Of a stretch of 64,000 nt of DNA, positions 1-8,897 are shown one piece after another. This DNA is from an uncultured Acidobacteriaceae bacterium. GTDB taxonomy: Bacteria; Acidobacteriota; Terriglobia; Terriglobales; Acidobacteriaceae. The stretch lies in assembly GCA_963799035.1 (NCBI GenBank), contig CAWCVS010000011.1, positions 9,096 to 73,095 on the forward strand, written 5' to 3'. How positions within the stretch are numbered: the first letter of the stretch is position 1; every line of letters starts with the position of its first letter. The notes below the pieces were generated by a model, which saw only the letters and a program-made list of their open reading frames with translations, did no database searches and was not told the DNA's origin. Both the position numbers and the translations under genes were made by a program.

Positions 1-1
1 G

Positions 2-112
2 CCAGGATGGGTGCATCCCATGGCCTATTACTTCGTTATCGCGATCATCCTGGTCGCCGTGCTCGGCCTTACGGGGCTGATTTTGCGGTCCGGAACGCCT
101 CGAATCGATTGA
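2..112 (+). CDS. C-terminal end of a membrane protein (partial, window edge)
   Basis: Frame 2 reads PGWVHPMAYYFVIAIILVAVLGLTGLILRSGTPRID*, a hydrophobic helix; followed by a terminator-like hairpin. Confidence 0.5.
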   Translation, partial: PGWVHPMAYYFVIAIILVAVLGLTGLILRSGTPRID

Positions 113-140
113 ATCTGCGTTGAACCAACGTCTCGTCGTC

Positions 141-175
141 AAACGAGCCGGCCTTCGAGCCGGCTCTCGTTTTTG
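141..175 (+). terminator. Probable intrinsic terminator
   Basis: gagccggc-cttcga-gccggctc stem followed by tcgttttt. Confidence 0.6.
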
Positions 176-214
176 TCCCGGCTGCACGCCTTGTGAAAAC
201 GGTATAGCCTGAAG

Positions 215-1251
215 ATGGACATGGTATCTGCTTCCCCAGTCTCACCATTCCCGACTGCCACCCGGCGGCTCACCGACAGCCATGGCCGCGTGATCCACGA
301 CCTGCGCGTCTCCATCACTGACCGGTGTAACTACAAATGTGTCTATTGCCGAACCGGTGAGTTGGGAGCCCAGTATCCCGAACTGGGGATCGAAGAATAT
401 CTGCGCCTGATCAAGCTCTTTGTGACCTTGGTATCAAAAAGGTGCGCATCACCGGCGGCGAGCCGCTCCTGCGCCGCGGCCTCCTCGAACTGGTTGAGCA
501 CTCCGCAATTGCGCACCTGGCGGGCGAGCCGCTGGACCTGGCGCTGACCACCAATGGCCATCTTCTCGACAACCTCGCGGCTCCCTTAAAGGCTGCAGGA
601 TTGAATCGCATCACGGTGAGCATGGATGCCGTCGATGCGCCGACCTTCGAACGCATTACCCGTGTTCCCGGCAGCTTCAAGAATGTTCTGGCCGGCATCC
701 GTGCCGGACGCGCCGCGGGACTTGCGCCTGTGAAGATCAACTGCGTCCTGCTGCGCGGATTCAACGACGACCAGATCGAAGGATTCGCCCGCTTCGCTCG
801 CGAAGAAGATGTAGTGGTGCGCTTTATCGAGTTCATGCCGCTGGAAGAAGGTCGCCTGTGGACGCCCGAGATTGTCGTTCCGCTGGCCGAGATCGTGGCC
901 CGCATCAGCCGCGAAATGCCGCTGGTACCCTTGCCGCCACGCGAGCCCAGCGAGACTGCCCGTCGCTATACCTTTCCGGATGGCGTGGGCGAAATCGGAA
1001 TCATTGCTCCTGTCAGCCAGGCATTCTGTGGAGCGTGCAGCCGCGTGCGTCTCACGTCCGACGGAAAAATCCGGACATGCCTTTTCTCGCAGGTGGAACA
1101 CGACCTCTATGGAAGGATGCGCGCAGGGGAAGATGAAAGTACGCTGTCTGACTACATTGTGCGAACAATCTACGGCAAGGAGGCGCGCCACCATATCGGC
1201 GAGCCGGAATTTCTGAAACCATCGCGATCGATGGTCCACATCGGCGGCTAA
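215..1251 (+). CDS. moaA: GTP 3',8-cyclase MoaA (radical SAM); frameshift near 425-445
   Basis: LRVSITDRCNYKCVYC (CxxxCxxC) in ORF 215; RITGGEPLLR, FCGACSRVRLTSDGKIRTCLF and terminal HIGG in ORF 442. Confidence 0.93.
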
Positions 1252-1411
1252 GCCCGCCAAATCCATAACAGGTAACTTTAGATACATATCGACATGGACT
1301 AAAGAAACTCTTCCTCTGCCGATTTTGAACCTGCGCCTGTGACAGAATGCACATCAGATGGATGGCCCTTACCCTTTTGCGCCAACATGCCATCAGGCCA
1401 AGTTCCCATTC

Positions 1412-2440
1412 ATGAATGAACTGACTGAAAATCGAATTCCCCTTGACGACCTGATGGTCTTCCACCAGCTGGCCCGCTCGCTCAATTCGAGCCTCGATCT
1501 GGATACGATTCTGCGCACCATTCTCGACCAGATGGAGCGCATCATCACGGCAGACATGTGGACCCTGCTGATGCTCGACGAAGAACGCAACGAACTCTAT
1601 TACGCCATCGCTTCGGGAAACGTTGAGGATGCTTTGCGCGATCTGCGCGTGAAGACGGATGAAGGTGTGGCCGGCTGGGTCGTACAGCACGGCGAAACAC
1701 TTATCGTTCCGGAGTCAGAGAACGACGATCCCCGTCTGCAGCAAACGCTCGCCGCAGACAGGCATCGCGTGCGTTCCGTGATCGCGATGCCGTTGCGCGG
1801 CCGCAAAGGGGTGCATGGCGTCATTGAAATTCTCAATCCGCGCGCCAGCCAGATGAGCGATTACACCATCGCCTTTCTCCACATCCTGTGCGATCACGCG
1901 GCGATCGCAATTGAAAATGCGCGCGACGTGGCGCGCATTCAGCAGCTCACCATTACCGATGATGCAACCGGACTGTACAACGTGCGGCACCTCTACAAAA
2001 TGCTGGAGCAGGAACTGGACCGCGCCCGGCGCCTGCGCCATCCCGTGAGTCTGGCATTCATTGATCTAGACCGATTCAAAATGGTCAACGACATTCACGG
2101 ACATCTGATCGGGAGCGAACTCCTGTCTCGCGTCGGAAGCCGATTGAAGCAACTCAGCCGCGTGCAGGATAGCTGCTTCCGCTATGGCGGCGACGAGTTC
2201 GTCATCCTGATGCCGGAAACCTCCGCAACCGACGCGCTCGCGCTGGCGACAAACATCCACACCGAGTTGATCAACACCCGCTTCCACATGAGCAACAGCC
2301 TTGAGCTCACCGCAAGCGCCAGCGTTGGCCTCGCCACCTGCCCGCCCGAAAACCTGGCCGTGCACGCAATCATCGGCGCAGCCGACGCCCGCATGTACGA
2401 AGTAAAAAGCAATGGCCGCGGCAAAGTACGCGGCGCTTGA
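1412..2440 (+). CDS. GAF-domain diguanylate cyclase
   Basis: N-terminal GAF (EGVAGWV, SVIAMPL, GVIEILN); RYGGDEF active site with upstream RVQD I-site. Confidence 0.9.
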   Translation: MNELTENRIPLDDLMVFHQLARSLNSSLDLDTILRTILDQMERIITADMWTLLMLDEERNELYYAIASGNVEDALRDLRVKTDEGVAGWVVQHGETLIVPESENDDPRLQQTLAADRHRVRSVIAMPLRGRKGVHGVIEILNPRASQMSDYTIAFLHILCDHAAIAIENARDVARIQQLTITDDATGLYNVRHLYKMLEQELDRARRLRHPVSLAFIDLDRFKMVNDIHGHLIGSELLSRVGSRLKQLSRVQDSCFRYGGDEFVILMPETSATDALALATNIHTELINTRFHMSNSLELTASASVGLATCPPENLAVHAIIGAADARMYEVKSNGRGKVRGA

Positions 2441-2442
2441 TC

Positions 2443-2902
2443 GCGCTGCGTAGATCAAGCACAGTTCATTCATCTCTCGCTGAATTCTTGTCTCCGGAAC
2501 TCACAACAAAAGTTGAAAGTGTCATTCTGAGCGAACGGGCCCCGAACGTACCAGGGGCCACGCAGAGCGTTAGCTCTGTGGGGTGGGTTCGGGGTGGTGA
2601 GTCGAAGAAACTGCTTTTCGGGCCTCTCTGCTTTTGCCTTCTCACGCCAAGTTGAAGACTCCGCGGCGCGGCGCTACGTCGATCAAGCACAGTTCATTCA
2701 TATCTTGCTAAACTCTTGTCCCAATTCACAACAAAAGTCGAAAGTGTCATTCTGAGCGAACGGGGCCACGAACGTACCAAGGGCCACGCAGAGCGTTAGC
2801 TCTGTGGGGTAGGTTCGGGGGTGGTGAGTCGAAGAATCTGCTTTTCGGGCTTTCTCTGCTTTTGGCCTCTCACGCCAAGTGGTGAGCGAAGGATCTGCTT
2901 TT
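2443..2902. repeat. ~228-bp tandem duplication, each unit containing a family-A palindromic element
   Basis: gatcaagcacagttcattcat at 2453 and 2681; TGTCATTCTGAGCGAACGGG...GTGGTGAGTCGAAGAA.CTGCTTTT at 2520-2618 and 2745-2845; partial third end at 2881-2902. Confidence 0.9.
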
Positions 2903-2934
2903 GCCCTTTTCTAATCGACAGTTGCGTCGCCGGA

Positions 2935-3981
2935 TTAGTCTTCAATCTCGTCGATTTGCTTCTCCGCCAGCTTCTCAAGCTGCTTGCGCCAGTCCAGCGA
3001 CTCCACAAACGGCCGCGACTCCCGCCAGTTAGGCTCGACAATCACGTGCAGTTCGAGATACACCCGCGTGCCCAGCAGCGATTCAATCTGCTTGCGCGCA
3101 CCAGTTCCAATCTCCTTCAGCTTCGATCCGCCCTTGCCGATGAGAATCGCCTTCTGGCCATCACGCTCGCAGTAGATGGCTGCGGAAATGCGCGTGAGCG
3201 GTAACCGTGCCGGCGGCTGGCCTTTCTTGCGCGGCGGGGCGGGCGGCTCGGCTTCTTCAAACTGCTCGATGACAACCGCCGCCGCATATGGCACCTCTTC
3301 GCCGGTATCCACAAGGATGCGCTCGCGAATCAGTTCCGCCACCATGAACCGCATAGGCTGATCCGTGTACTGGTCCTTCGGGTAATAGCGTTCTCCCACC
3401 GGCAGCGCATCGACAATTTTCCTGACGAGGAGATCGAGACCATCCTTCTTGCGCGCACTGACGGGAATCACCTCGGCAAATTTGTATTGCTTCGTCAGCG
3501 TCTCGATCAGCGGCAACAATACGTCTTTCGCAACGAGATCGATTTTGGTAAGGACGAGAAAAACCGGGCAATCCAGCCCGCGAATCAGCGAAAACAAAAA
3601 TTCGTCTTCGCTTGCCCAGTTGGGCTTGCCATGCTGATGCGCTTCGGCCGGCTCGCCCGCTGCTTCCAGCTGCACGCGCCGGCTGGCATCCATCAGCACC
3701 AGAACCACATCCCGCGTCTCCAGTGCTTCATGGACTTCCTGAAGCATTCTGCGGTCAAGATGAGACGAGGGCTTGTGAACACCCGGCGTGTCGACAAACA
3801 CAATCTGCGCGGCGGGATGAACCTTCTTGCGCGCATCTACTTCCAGCACGCCAATGATGCGGTTGCGCGTGGTCTGCGGCTTGGCCGTGACAATGGCGAT
3901 CTTTTCGCCTGTAAGGGCGTTCATCAGCGTGCTTTTGCCGGCGTTAGGCCGGCCCAGAATCGCAACAAATCCCGACTTCAA
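2935..3981 (-). CDS. era: GTPase Era
   Basis: SGFVAILGRPNAGKSTL, KPQTTR, DTPG, TKID; KH domain with ILIGKGGSKLKEIG. Confidence 0.97.
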   Translation of the reverse strand: MKSGFVAILGRPNAGKSTLMNALTGEKIAIVTAKPQTTRNRIIGVLEVDARKKVHPAAQIVFVDTPGVHKPSSHLDRRMLQEVHEALETRDVVLVLMDASRRVQLEAAGEPAEAHQHGKPNWASEDEFLFSLIRGLDCPVFLVLTKIDLVAKDVLLPLIETLTKQYKFAEVIPVSARKKDGLDLLVRKIVDALPVGERYYPKDQYTDQPMRFMVAELIRERILVDTGEEVPYAAAVVIEQFEEAEPPAPPRKKGQPPARLPLTRISAAIYCERDGQKAILIGKGGSKLKEIGTGARKQIESLLGTRVYLELHVIVEPNWRESRPFVESLDWRKQLEKLAEKQIDEIED

Positions 3982-4078
3982 ATCGAATCACTCCTGATCG
4001 AGTGTACGGCATCGACTCTTGGGAATTCATGCCTCTGGACAACTCCAAACGCCACTGAAACCGCCAGAAGGCGGCACT

Positions 4079-4107
4079 CCCTAGTCCCTAGTCTCTGGTC
4101 CCTGTCT
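4079..4107. repeat. Short heptamer tandem repeat (STRR-like)
   Basis: ccctagt ccctagt ctctggt ccctgtc. Confidence 0.55.
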
Positions 4108-5409
4108 TTATGGCAACGCCGTGGCCTCTTCTCTCGCCGGCGGAAAAATCCTCAGCCGATCAACGCGGCGATCGGTGGACGAGACCACCTGGATGCGCAG
4201 CCCGCTATGTTCCAGCAGCACAACCTCTCCCGGCAGTGGAATGCGTCCTTCGACCTCGCTTACCAGTCCGCCGAGGGTTGTGGCCTCGTACTCTCCATCC
4301 ACATCAACGTCGTCGCCAAACAGATGCTGCAATTCATCGACCGGAAAATCGCCGGGAACAACCCAAACGCCGCCCGGCTCGCGCTGCGGATCGCTGGTGT
4401 GGGCATCCTTCTCGTGCTCGTCCCGAATATCGCCGACGATCTCTTCCAGAAGGTCCTCGATGGTCACGAGGCCCGAGACGCCTCCGTACTCATCGATGAC
4501 GATACGCATGTGCTGCTTTTCCCGCTGCATTTCGCGCAGAAGCTCGTAGCCGCGTTTCGTTTCCGGAACGAAAACTGCCGGATGCTGGATGCTGGCAACG
4601 GTTCTCGTCCGTGCCTCTTCGTCGGCAATCTGCAGCAGATCGTGCGCGAATGCAATCCCGGTGATCGAGTCAAGCGTGCGCTCATAAACGGGCACACGTG
4701 AATAGTTGTGCTCCTTCAGCATTTCAAGGAAGCGCTCGAGCGTGATCGATTGCGGAACGGCGAAGACCTGCGGCCGCGGCGTCATCACTTCGCGCACCAG
4801 CTTGTCTCCAAACTCAACGGCGGAGCGCACGAGGTCGCGATCGCTCTCTTCGAGGATGCCTTCTTCTTCACCGGCCTCGAGCAACGACTCAACGTCTGGC
4901 GCAGGCTCATCTTCTTCGGCAATGGGCTTCTCTGCGAGCGATGCGAGGGAGAAGAAGAAGCGGATGATCGCCGTGATGGGCGTCATGAGCCACAGCAGCA
5001 GCCGAATAGGCCACACCAGTCGCGCCGCCCAGCGCCCCTTGGTGTGTGTGAACAACAGCGAAGGCAGCAGCTGGTTGCAGAATACGACGGCCAGCACAAC
5101 CACCAGCACCGCCTGCGCGATCTCGGGATAGGTGGGCCGCGCAGCATGCGGGGCACGATCGAATAGCACCGCCCCGATGGCCAGCGCAAACACCGCAAGC
5201 GTAAGCTGCTGCAGCACTGCAGCGCACAAGGCAGCATGCTCGCGCGTGAGACCGATCAGCGGCTCCACCTTTTCTTCCCACTCGTCGAGATTGTCCTGCA
5301 CCTCGCGCGGCAGAATCTTGCCGAACTCCGAATACACCCGGCTGATGTAGGCGGCAAATGTGTCGACCAGCGCCGCAATCACCAGGAGGATGACGGTGAT
5401 CCAACTCAT
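4108..5409 (-). CDS. Hemolysin-family / CNNM-CBS-CorC membrane protein
   Basis: N-terminal TM helices, VREVMTPR, YSRVPVY, VIDEYGGVSGLVTIEDLLEEIVG, C-terminal CorC_HlyC (TTLGGLV). Confidence 0.92.
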   Translation of the reverse strand: MSWITVILLVIAALVDTFAAYISRVYSEFGKILPREVQDNLDEWEEKVEPLIGLTREHAALCAAVLQQLTLAVFALAIGAVLFDRAPHAARPTYPEIAQAVLVVVLAVVFCNQLLPSLLFTHTKGRWAARLVWPIRLLLWLMTPITAIIRFFFSLASLAEKPIAEEDEPAPDVESLLEAGEEEGILEESDRDLVRSAVEFGDKLVREVMTPRPQVFAVPQSITLERFLEMLKEHNYSRVPVYERTLDSITGIAFAHDLLQIADEEARTRTVASIQHPAVFVPETKRGYELLREMQREKQHMRIVIDEYGGVSGLVTIEDLLEEIVGDIRDEHEKDAHTSDPQREPGGVWVVPGDFPVDELQHLFGDDVDVDGEYEATTLGGLVSEVEGRIPLPGEVVLLEHSGLRIQVVSSTDRRVDRLRIFPPAREEATALP

Positions 5410-5987
5410 CGGCGCGGTCCTTTCGCTGGTCCTGAATGGCCGCCCATATTCGCCCGCTCGATCAGCCCGTGTGGCAGACGGAGGCCGGCGCGAAGTTTCT
5501 CTTCGCGGCGCGCCATCTCTCCCTTGTCAGCTTCGTGGTCGTACCCCGCCAGGTGGAGCAATCCGTGAAGCATCAGCACCTTGATTTCCATCGCCAGCGA
5601 ATGACCGCGATCTTCCGCCTGTCGGCGCGCGGTAGGAATGCTGATAGCCAGATCGCCGGCAATTTCTTGAATCCTGGGCGCCCCGGGTCTCGCTTTTGAG
5701 ACCTGGGATACCGCGACAGCGGGAAACGAAAGCACGTCTGTCGCGTTGTTCTTCCCCCGGAATTGCCGGTTCAGCCGCCGAACGGCCGCGTCAGTGGTCA
5801 GGAGCACCGAAACGTGCCCGCGCAACTTCACCGCCGCCTGGGCCTCACGCAGAAAACGCGCAAGCGTCTGCCGCGACGGAATGCGCTGCCCGCGGAGGCC
5901 AGCCGGTTGGCTGGTATCTCCTAACCTCTTCGGCAGCTTTGCCTGCGGGGGAAGGTCGGTGTCCAGATCTGGGTCGAGAAGGATCAT
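5406..5987 (-). CDS. ybeY: rRNA maturation endoribonuclease YbeY (contains in-frame palindromic insert)
   Basis: LNRQFRGKNNATDVLSFP, GDLAIS, HGLLHLAGYDHE; sits in a phoH...ybeY-CBS-era context. Confidence 0.95.
   Translation of the reverse strand: MILLDPDLDTDLPPQAKLPKRLGDTSQPAGLRGQRIPSRQTLARFLREAQAAVKLRGHVSVLLTTDAAVRRLNRQFRGKNNATDVLSFPAVAVSQVSKARPGAPRIQEIAGDLAISIPTARRQAEDRGHSLAMEIKVLMLHGLLHLAGYDHEADKGEMARREEKLRAGLRLPHGLIERANMGGHSGPAKGPRR
5676..5708. repeat. Family-C palindromic repeat inside ybeY
   Basis: gggcgccccgggtctcgcttttgagacctggga; similar copy at 47628. Confidence 0.8.
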
Positions 5988-6090
5988 CGTGCGCGGTGCC
6001 GCCATGTGCAGCGGCCCGTGTCTTCATTATTTTACGCGAATGCCGCTTCTCCCTCCCGAGCGCCGGTCCTTTTTAAGAGCGAAGAATGGA

Positions 6091-7036
6091 TCAAACCCCC
6101 ATCAAGCCCGCAACATACGCGTAGTCGACCTTGGCCGCATCCAGCGCCGTCTTCCCATGGAACGGCGGATCGTGATCCACGATGAAATACTCCGTTCCCG
6201 CCTTCCGCGCCGCCGCATAGGCAGCTTTCAAGGGAGCCACGCCCGTTCCGAGATCCACAATATGTCCTCCCGCCGCTGGTCCCAGTTCATTGATCGGCGG
6301 GGTCACCGTGCTGAAGTCCTTGAAGTGGATCAGCTTCACTCGTTCGGCATTCGCTGCAATCAGCGCCGCCGGATCCGCTCCGCCGGCCGCCACCCAGCCT
6401 GCGTCCACCTCCAGTTTCACCAGTGCGGGGTCAGTCTCCTTCAGCAGAATCTCGTACCCTGTTTTCCCATCCTGCAACTTGCGAAACTCCACGTTGTGGT
6501 TGTGGTACGCAAGCTCCAGACCACGTTTCTTCGCGCTCTCGCCGATCTCGTTTGCCATCGCTCGCCATTCGCTTGAAATCGTCCGCGGTCAGATGATTCA
6601 TCATCTGCATGATTCCGCCAAAATTGCCCTTCTTCAGATCGTCAATGTTCGGCTGCTGGGGCGGTAGCACGGAGCTCACCACGTAGCGCACACCTAGCGC
6701 CTCAGCATCGTCCAGTACCTTCTCGGTCGGCATGAACCCAAAGGCGAAATGTCCCGACGGACACCCCAGTCCGGCATCGCCAACCATCTTCTCGAACTCC
6801 CCCATGTTGGTGATCGCCATCGCGAACGCCTCGACATATCCGTATCCGATGGCCTTCAACTGCGCAAGCGTTCCCGCGGGATCCTTCTTGAACTCCGCGG
6901 CGACCATGTACAGCTGCACGCCCGGCTTCGACCTGTCATCCGCGCCGAAAAGGTGAGTCACGCCGGCCACCTGCGTACCGGCATAAACAGCGGCAGCGCG
7001 AATGAGAAATGTGCGACGCGAAAACGAAGATTTCAT
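6091..7036 (-). CDS. Tat-exported sugar-phosphate isomerase/epimerase (AP-endonuclease-2 TIM barrel); frameshift ~6560
   Basis: SRRTFL Tat motif, GVQLY, GYGYVE; second ORF has AYHNHNVEF, LEVDAGW, HFKD. Confidence 0.85.
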
Positions 7037-7070
7037 CGTGGGTCCTTTGTGCCGCGAGTATACAAGACGC

Positions 7071-7108
7071 AAAAAGGGCGGCGACAGACATAAGCTGTCG
7101 CCGCCCTT
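7071..7108 (-). terminator. Intrinsic terminator after phoH
   Basis: aagggcggcgacag-acataag-ctgtcgccgccctt stem with T-run on the minus strand. Confidence 0.75.
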
Positions 7109-7152
7109 CACTTATTCACTCCTTCACTCATTCACTTATTCACGATTTCACT
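7107..7152. repeat. Octamer tandem repeat (TTCACTNN)n
   Basis: ttcactta ttcactcc ttcactca ttcactta ttcacgat ttcact. Confidence 0.75.
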
Positions 7153-7155
7153 GCG

Positions 7156-8196
7156 CTACTGCGGCTTCGCCGGATGCGCCGTCTGTTGCGGCGCCGGCTG
7201 CTCGCCCTGTCGCTGGACCGCTTCGCTCAGGCTCAACGGCAGTTCCTGCTGCTGCGGCTTGGTCGCCTCGTAGGCACGCACGATACGCTGCACCAGCGCA
7301 TGCCGCACCACATCCCCATCCGCAAAGTGGCAGAACGAAATACCTTCCACCCCATCGAGGATATTGATCGCATCCAGCAAGCCCGACTTCCGCGGGTTAG
7401 GCAAGTCAATCTGCGTAATATCGCCCGTAATCACGGCCTTGGAGTTGTTGCCCATGCGCGTCAGGAACATCTTCATCTGCTCGATGGTCGTGTTCTGCGC
7501 CTCGTCCATGATGATGAACGCGTCGTTGAGCGTGCGGCCGCGCATGAACGCCAGCGGCGCAACCTCAATGACATTCTTCTCGAGCATCTTGTCGACCTTC
7601 TCAGGATCGAGCAGGTCGTAAAGCGCGTCATACAACGGGCGGAGATAAGGATCAACCTTCTCCTGCAGCGTGCCCGGAAGAAAACCGAGCCGCTCGCCCG
7701 CTTCGACCGCGGGACGCACCAGCACAATGCGACTCACTTTCTTCGCATTCATCGCCGCAACGGCCATGGCCACAGCCAGGTAAGTCTTGCCTGTACCGGC
7801 AGGCCCGACTCCGAACACCATGTCGTTCTGCTCGATGGCCTCAATATATTTGCGCTGATTGAGCGAGCGCGGCTGCACCGTGCGCTTTACGCCCGCTGAC
7901 CGCTGCTTGCCTGAATCCGCAAGCGAACGCAACGTCGTCGCCGGGTCGGCCACGACCAGGCGCAGCATTCCATTCAATTCCCCATTGTGGGGGTTAATGC
8001 CCTGGCGCCGCAGAGCCTCAAAGTCCTCAAAAATTCGCCTGACTCTGCCGACCGCTTCGTCTGGCCCTTCCACGTGCACGGCGTCCGATCGTAGGTCGAT
8101 CCTGACACCTAGTGAATCCTCCATCAGTCTGAGGTTTTCATCGCGGGTCCCGAAAAGGGGCTCAAGATTTGGCGTGATCTCCAGAGCAGCGTTCAG
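7156..8196 (-). CDS. phoH: PhoH-like ATPase (PhoH/YbeZ); probable CTG start
   Basis: GPAGTGKTYLA, RPAVEAGERLGFLPG, FMRGRTL, DEAQN; frame stays open upstream of ATG 8124 (LFGTRDENLRL) to CTG at 8196, preceded by GGAGG. Confidence 0.93.
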   Translation of the reverse strand: MNAALEITPNLEPLFGTRDENLRLMEDSLGVRIDLRSDAVHVEGPDEAVGRVRRIFEDFEALRRQGINPHNGELNGMLRLVVADPATTLRSLADSGKQRSAGVKRTVQPRSLNQRKYIEAIEQNDMVFGVGPAGTGKTYLAVAMAVAAMNAKKVSRIVLVRPAVEAGERLGFLPGTLQEKVDPYLRPLYDALYDLLDPEKVDKMLEKNVIEVAPLAFMRGRTLNDAFIIMDEAQNTTIEQMKMFLTRMGNNSKAVITGDITQIDLPNPRKSGLLDAINILDGVEGISFCHFADGDVVRHALVQRIVRAYEATKPQQQELPLSLSEAVQRQGEQPAPQQTAHPAKPQ

Positions 8197-8447
8197 ATTG
8201 CCTCCATAGGCCCTGCCTCAAGGGCAGAATTTGGCTGTTGATTTGATGATTGCACCGGTGTAATGGATGGGGTTGCAGGGTGAATATTTGCGAGTTGCGG
8301 ATTGAAACGCTGGGTCCCTGGCGATAGGCGGGAACCGGGTGCCCTCTGGGCGGGGTGGTCGCTGGGGTGCAAGATGCGCACCAAGCCGGAGCCGTTGTGA
8401 AAGATTTCCGTATTGGCGCGGGCAACCAAGTGGCTGTATATGGGGAG

Positions 8448-8476
8448 AGAGTAGCGCCGACGCCAACTTCCGTCAA
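8448..8476 (-). promoter_or_regulatory. Sigma70-like promoter upstream of phoH
   Basis: TTGACG-N17-TACTCT on the minus strand. Confidence 0.5.
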
Positions 8477-8503
8477 TCCCACCGCCCATGAATATTGAAC
8501 CAA

Positions 8504-8549
8504 TTAGTCACCATCTGGATACCAGCTTAGTCACCATCTGGATACCAGC
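8504..8549. repeat. Perfect 23-bp tandem duplication
   Basis: ttagtcaccatctggataccagc x2. Confidence 0.95.
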
Positions 8550-8586
8550 GTCAGTGGCATCGCCAACGCCATAATCCGACCGTCAG

Positions 8587-8869
8587 CAGCTGTCATTCTG
8601 ATCGAGCGGGGCCCCCAAAACGTACCAAAGGCCCTAAAGAGCGTTTCGCTCTTTGGGGTATGTTTGGGGGTGGTGAGTGAAGAACCTGCTTCTGCTCGTT
8701 GTTTTTAATGCAAACTCTTCCCGCCACCCGCAGCTGTCATTCTGAACGAACGGGGCTCCAAACGTACCAGGGGCCCTAAAGAGCGATCCGCTCTTTGGGG
8801 TAGGTTTGGGGGTGGTGAGTGAAGAATCTGCTTTTGCTTTTCGTTCATCCCGCTGCGAGCGAAGAATCT
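8587..8869. repeat. Two tandem family-A palindromic elements plus a partial end
   Basis: cagcTGTCATTCTGA...aaagagcg..cgctctttggggta..tttgggggtggtgagtgaagaa.ctgct at 8591-8690 and 8735-8835. Confidence 0.9.
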
Positions 8870-8897
8870 TAACGCCAGCCCCGAAGACTCAGCCGCC

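Noticed and set aside
113-215. Moco riboswitch upstream of moaA
   Set aside because: Too short and occupied by a terminator hairpin; no recognisable aptamer.
420-450. Programmed frameshift or true pseudogene in moaA (likewise prmC, the TIM barrel and the APC permease)
   Set aside because: Single-base indels without slippery-site/stimulator structure, scattered through conserved genes; sequencing error is more parsimonious.
2437-3204. Small ORFs over repeat regions (2437-2655, 2466-2690, 2796-3041, 18214-18738, 25845-26102)
   Set aside because: They are translations of the palindromic repeats, not independent genes.
3170-3690. Lineage-specific insertions in Era as repeat-derived
   Set aside because: Extra loops are present (AAGEPAEAHQHGKP; EPPAPPRKKGQPP), but the DNA is not palindromic and matches none of the repeat families.
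3487-4701. Long antisense or alternate-frame ORFs (e.g. 3487-4701, 14319-15329, 29397-30419, 34769-35743, 37253-38542, 49106-50050)
   Set aside because: Shadows of real genes, as expected in GC-rich DNA; no motifs.
8480-8560. 6S RNA (ttgaacc motif)
   Set aside because: No long closing stem or central bubble could be built; the region is explained by the promoter and the 23-bp duplication.
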